A stretch of DNA of 64,000 bases from an uncultured Acidobacteriota bacterium (GTDB lineage: Bacteria > Acidobacteriota > Terriglobia > Terriglobales > Acidobacteriaceae), in NCBI GenBank assembly GCA_963788645.1, contig CAWBHF010000021.1, positions 3,410 through 67,409 of the forward strand. Direction: 5' to 3'. Below, piece by piece: positions 61,649 through 64,000 of this stretch; within the stretch, counting starts at the first letter, position 1, and every line of letters begins with the position of its first letter. Under the pieces are notes generated by a model. It worked only from the letters and a program-made list of their open reading frames with translations. It was not told where the DNA came from and ran no database searches. The translations under genes were made by a program, and so were the position numbers.

Positions 61649-62251
61649 TTATGCGAGGGCTCCGCAAGGTATATTCTTCAACTCTTCGGCGAGCTGCGCG
61701 ACTGTCACAATGCGAGCGAAGCGGCGGCGGAGAACATACTCAGTCCGATCACGAATGGCATCGACGCCCAGCTCTTCTGTTGGGTTATCCCAGTTCGGAA
61801 TCGGAAAGGTCATGGTCGCTTCCGTGACGAAATCCACGGCATAACCTAGATCCGCCGCAACTCTGGTGGTTGTTTCGCAGCACTGCTCCATTTGGATGCC
61901 GGTAATCGTTACCCGTCGGACCGCCTTTTCCAGCAAGTAAGGTTGCAGCGGGGTGCTGGTGAAACAATTGCGCGTGTTCTTGATCAAGACGACCTCACCG
62001 GGACGCGGCTTGATGAAGTCCATCAGCTTGAAGAAGGGGCTGTCCGTGGCAAAGCCCTCATCACTGTCGGTATGAAGAAAGAAAATGACTGGTAACTGCG
62101 CGGCCCGATATGCTTCGATCAATGCGGTAACATTTTGTTCAAACGCAAGATTGTTGCGGCGCTCCCAGCTTGGCCTCGCTTTGAAAGAATCCTGGACATC
62201 AATTACGAGCAGAGCGGATTGCGCGATCGGTACATGGTTGGAATCGAGCAT
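61649..62251 (-). CDS. Isochorismatase-family cysteine hydrolase
   Basis: ORF 61649-62284; the ATG at 62251 lies 6 nt after AAGGAGG. Diagnostic segments are ALLVIDVQDSF...KNTRNCFTST.L..YL....V..VTITGIQMEQCCETT. Confidence 0.85.
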   Translation of the reverse strand: MLDSNHVPIAQSALLVIDVQDSFKARPSWERRNNLAFEQNVTALIEAYRAAQLPVIFFLHTDSDEGFATDSPFFKLMDFIKPRPGEVVLIKNTRNCFTSTPLQPYLLEKAVRRVTITGIQMEQCCETTTRVAADLGYAVDFVTEATMTFPIPNWDNPTEELGVDAIRDRTEYVLRRRFARIVTVAQLAEELKNIPCGALA

Positions 62252-62311
62252 GAGTCCTCCTTCGCTAAATATGATGCTACACAATAAATAGACAAATGAT
62301 GAGCAGGAGGG

Positions 62312-63880
62312 TTAACGCGAAGCAAGTAATTGCAGCGCGATTCTGGCCTCGCGATTTCTGTGAGCTGCTGCTTTGCGCAGCCATTTCTCGGACTCATGCA
62401 GATCGGCGGTGACACCGTCGCCATCCCGGTAGCGCAGCCCGAGGTTGTATTGCGCAGCTGGATTCCCAGCTTCCGCCGCCATTCTAACCCAACGCGCGGC
62501 TTCGGCGCAGCTCTGACGAACGTGGCGTCCTATCTCGTAGACCATCCCTAGAGTGAAAGCCGCGGAGTCATCCCCGTATTTGGCCTGGCGGCGCAGGCCG
62601 TTAATTTCATAGCGGCTTAATTGCTGCACGATGGACTGGGTTCCCGGGTCAGTGATCTCCTCATGGGTTGCGCGCAGGGGAATCGGTGAAGTCCGCTGGG
62701 GCACGGTCTGTTCGATCCTTTTGGCGGGCTGGGATGAAGATTGATTCGACGCTGTTGTCACCGGCGCATTGACGGTTACCGCAGCTTCCGCGGTAGAAGG
62801 ACTCGGTGCTGACATTGCCTGCCCGCCTTGAAAGGGCTGATGAAGCCAGGTTTCGAGAAGCAGCAAGTTGGCGATCACCACCAGCAGCCAAACGGGAGTT
62901 GCGATCGCCACAGCGCGAAGAGATCGCAGGGTGAAATTGATGTGGAAGTTCGAGGCATGCCGGGTGGTAGCACTGCTGAGACGCTTAAGAGTGGTTGCAA
63001 GATTGAATGACGAGGCGCGTGCAGCGAGCTTTTTTCCAGTTCGATTGCGGAAGGCAAGCCGATAACCGGCGAGGGCGTCCTGAGTACGTTTGAGGGTCGT
63101 TTGAAAATGCCTAGAAGTCACAGCCGCGGCAGACCGGAGCGCTTGCGTGGATTTGGCGCCAAGGGCCGACGCGTTCTTGCTGAGAGCTGTACTGAAACCA
63201 TCCAGTCTGATTCCGATATTGAACGACGATGACTGCGTCGCGGAGTCTTGGTTATTGAGCGGCTTCTGCAAGGTCGGGGACGGCTTGAGGCTTGGTGCCT
63301 TGGCTATAGATGGCGCCGGCTGTATCGGAACGAGTTCAGCCGGCGGCGTGTATGACGTTCCGTCGTGGGCCGTTAGTTCAGGAGCGAGTTTGGGTGAGAG
63401 CGATACCAAGCGCCTCATGGTGGCGTCCAAACCCAAGATGCCACTCTCGATTGCCTCTTGCGTTTTGACCAGTTCAGCGACGGTCTCATCGTCAGCAGAG
63501 TGAGCGCTCAACGAGTCAAGTTTTTTTGCAGCCTCGATCACCATGGATGAGAGCTGGATCGCCGGCATAGCGATCTCCGGCTCACGGATCTTCGTGTAAC
63601 TGCTCTCCGAGTGATTGATCTCCGGTTTACAGGTCTCCGCGATGGGAATCTCAAACTTGATCGTCTCTTGCGAGATCGAACTAGCGGTCTCCATTTTCCT
63701 TAGGGATGAGGCCGGTTGAGCAATGGCTTCGCCGTTGACGACCTGAGGATGCAATTGGTCGTGAAGGCATTGGAGCACCCAGGCGGCTGCCAGCAATTTC
63801 TCGAAAGAGGGGTCATCAAGCGTGAGTCGCTGGTCTGTACCAGAGCTCGCAGCCGGAGCCATCGGGGAGAAACCTCTCAC
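62312..63880 (-). CDS. Membrane-anchored protein with C-terminal Sel1-like (TPR-type) repeats
   Basis: 522 aa. There is a central TM (AIATPVWLLVVIANLLLL). The C-terminus is AAFTLGMVYEIGRHVRQSCAEAARWVRMAAEAGNPAAQYNLGLRYRDGDGVTADLHESEKWLRKAA. The start is uncertain (63880 GTG or 63862 ATG). Confidence 0.7.
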   Translation of the reverse strand: MRGFSPMAPAASSGTDQRLTLDDPSFEKLLAAAWVLQCLHDQLHPQVVNGEAIAQPASSLRKMETASSISQETIKFEIPIAETCKPEINHSESSYTKIREPEIAMPAIQLSSMVIEAAKKLDSLSAHSADDETVAELVKTQEAIESGILGLDATMRRLVSLSPKLAPELTAHDGTSYTPPAELVPIQPAPSIAKAPSLKPSPTLQKPLNNQDSATQSSSFNIGIRLDGFSTALSKNASALGAKSTQALRSAAAVTSRHFQTTLKRTQDALAGYRLAFRNRTGKKLAARASSFNLATTLKRLSSATTRHASNFHINFTLRSLRAVAIATPVWLLVVIANLLLLETWLHQPFQGGQAMSAPSPSTAEAAVTVNAPVTTASNQSSSQPAKRIEQTVPQRTSPIPLRATHEEITDPGTQSIVQQLSRYEINGLRRQAKYGDDSAAFTLGMVYEIGRHVRQSCAEAARWVRMAAEAGNPAAQYNLGLRYRDGDGVTADLHESEKWLRKAAAHRNREARIALQLLASR

Positions 63881-64000
63881 AAAAGGTAATTACTAACTGG
63901 GAGCGGAATCCTCGCGCCGCTACCCACCGAGCGATCATACACCCGTTTGGTCATCCTCGAACTGCGGAATTGGCGGTCAGCGGCTCGCAGCGGACAAAAA

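Overview
Moderately GC-rich bacterial chromosomal window. Protein families and REP-type repeats suggest an Acidobacteriota/Terriglobia-like genome; this is inference, no search was run. There is no rRNA, CRISPR array or transposase. Layout: (1) 1-3.8 kb holds an integrase module. The tyrosine integrase runs off the left edge and is missing from the ORF track. It is translationally coupled to a CGNR-zinc-finger protein and followed by an Xis-like HTH gene and an HTH/coiled-coil protein. (2) 4.5-29 kb is an accessory-looking stress and regulatory region. It contains Hsp20, several tiny membrane proteins (lmo0937, DUF3309, Thivi_2564 types), a SYLF protein, an OmpA-like protein, a Cys-rich 8x32-aa repeat protein and an unannotated metallothionein-like ORF. 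It also has two Crp/Fnr regulators, response regulators, a Ser/Thr kinase and a GT4-GH130 operon, and it ends at an orphan 3' fragment of tRNA-Leu(UAA). (3) 29.5-42.5 kb carries mixed housekeeping and unknown genes (NIPSNAP, ArsR, PilZ regulator, secreted GH130, ribBA, MerR, ThiS-like) and a dense REP/MITE cluster. (4) 42.6-56 kb is a 12-gene nuo operon (A,C,D,E,F,G,H,J,K,L,M,N) with no room for nuoB or nuoI. (5) 56-64 kb holds an ABC exporter pair, an orphan Flp pilin, an NtrC-like activator with a degenerate GAFTGA loop, a phosphoesterase, an isochorismatase and a Sel1 protein. The most interesting signal not explained by genes is a pair of paralogous ~130-nt terminator-capped non-coding units (candidate sRNAs). 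Each is driven from a promoter carrying a 16-bp inverted repeat (TGTGCAATTTTGAACA-like). The same box, at the same 21-nt offset from a -10-like hexamer, precedes two further transcription units, which suggests a small Crp/Fnr-type regulon. All coordinates for RNA ends and promoters are approximate and derived by eye.
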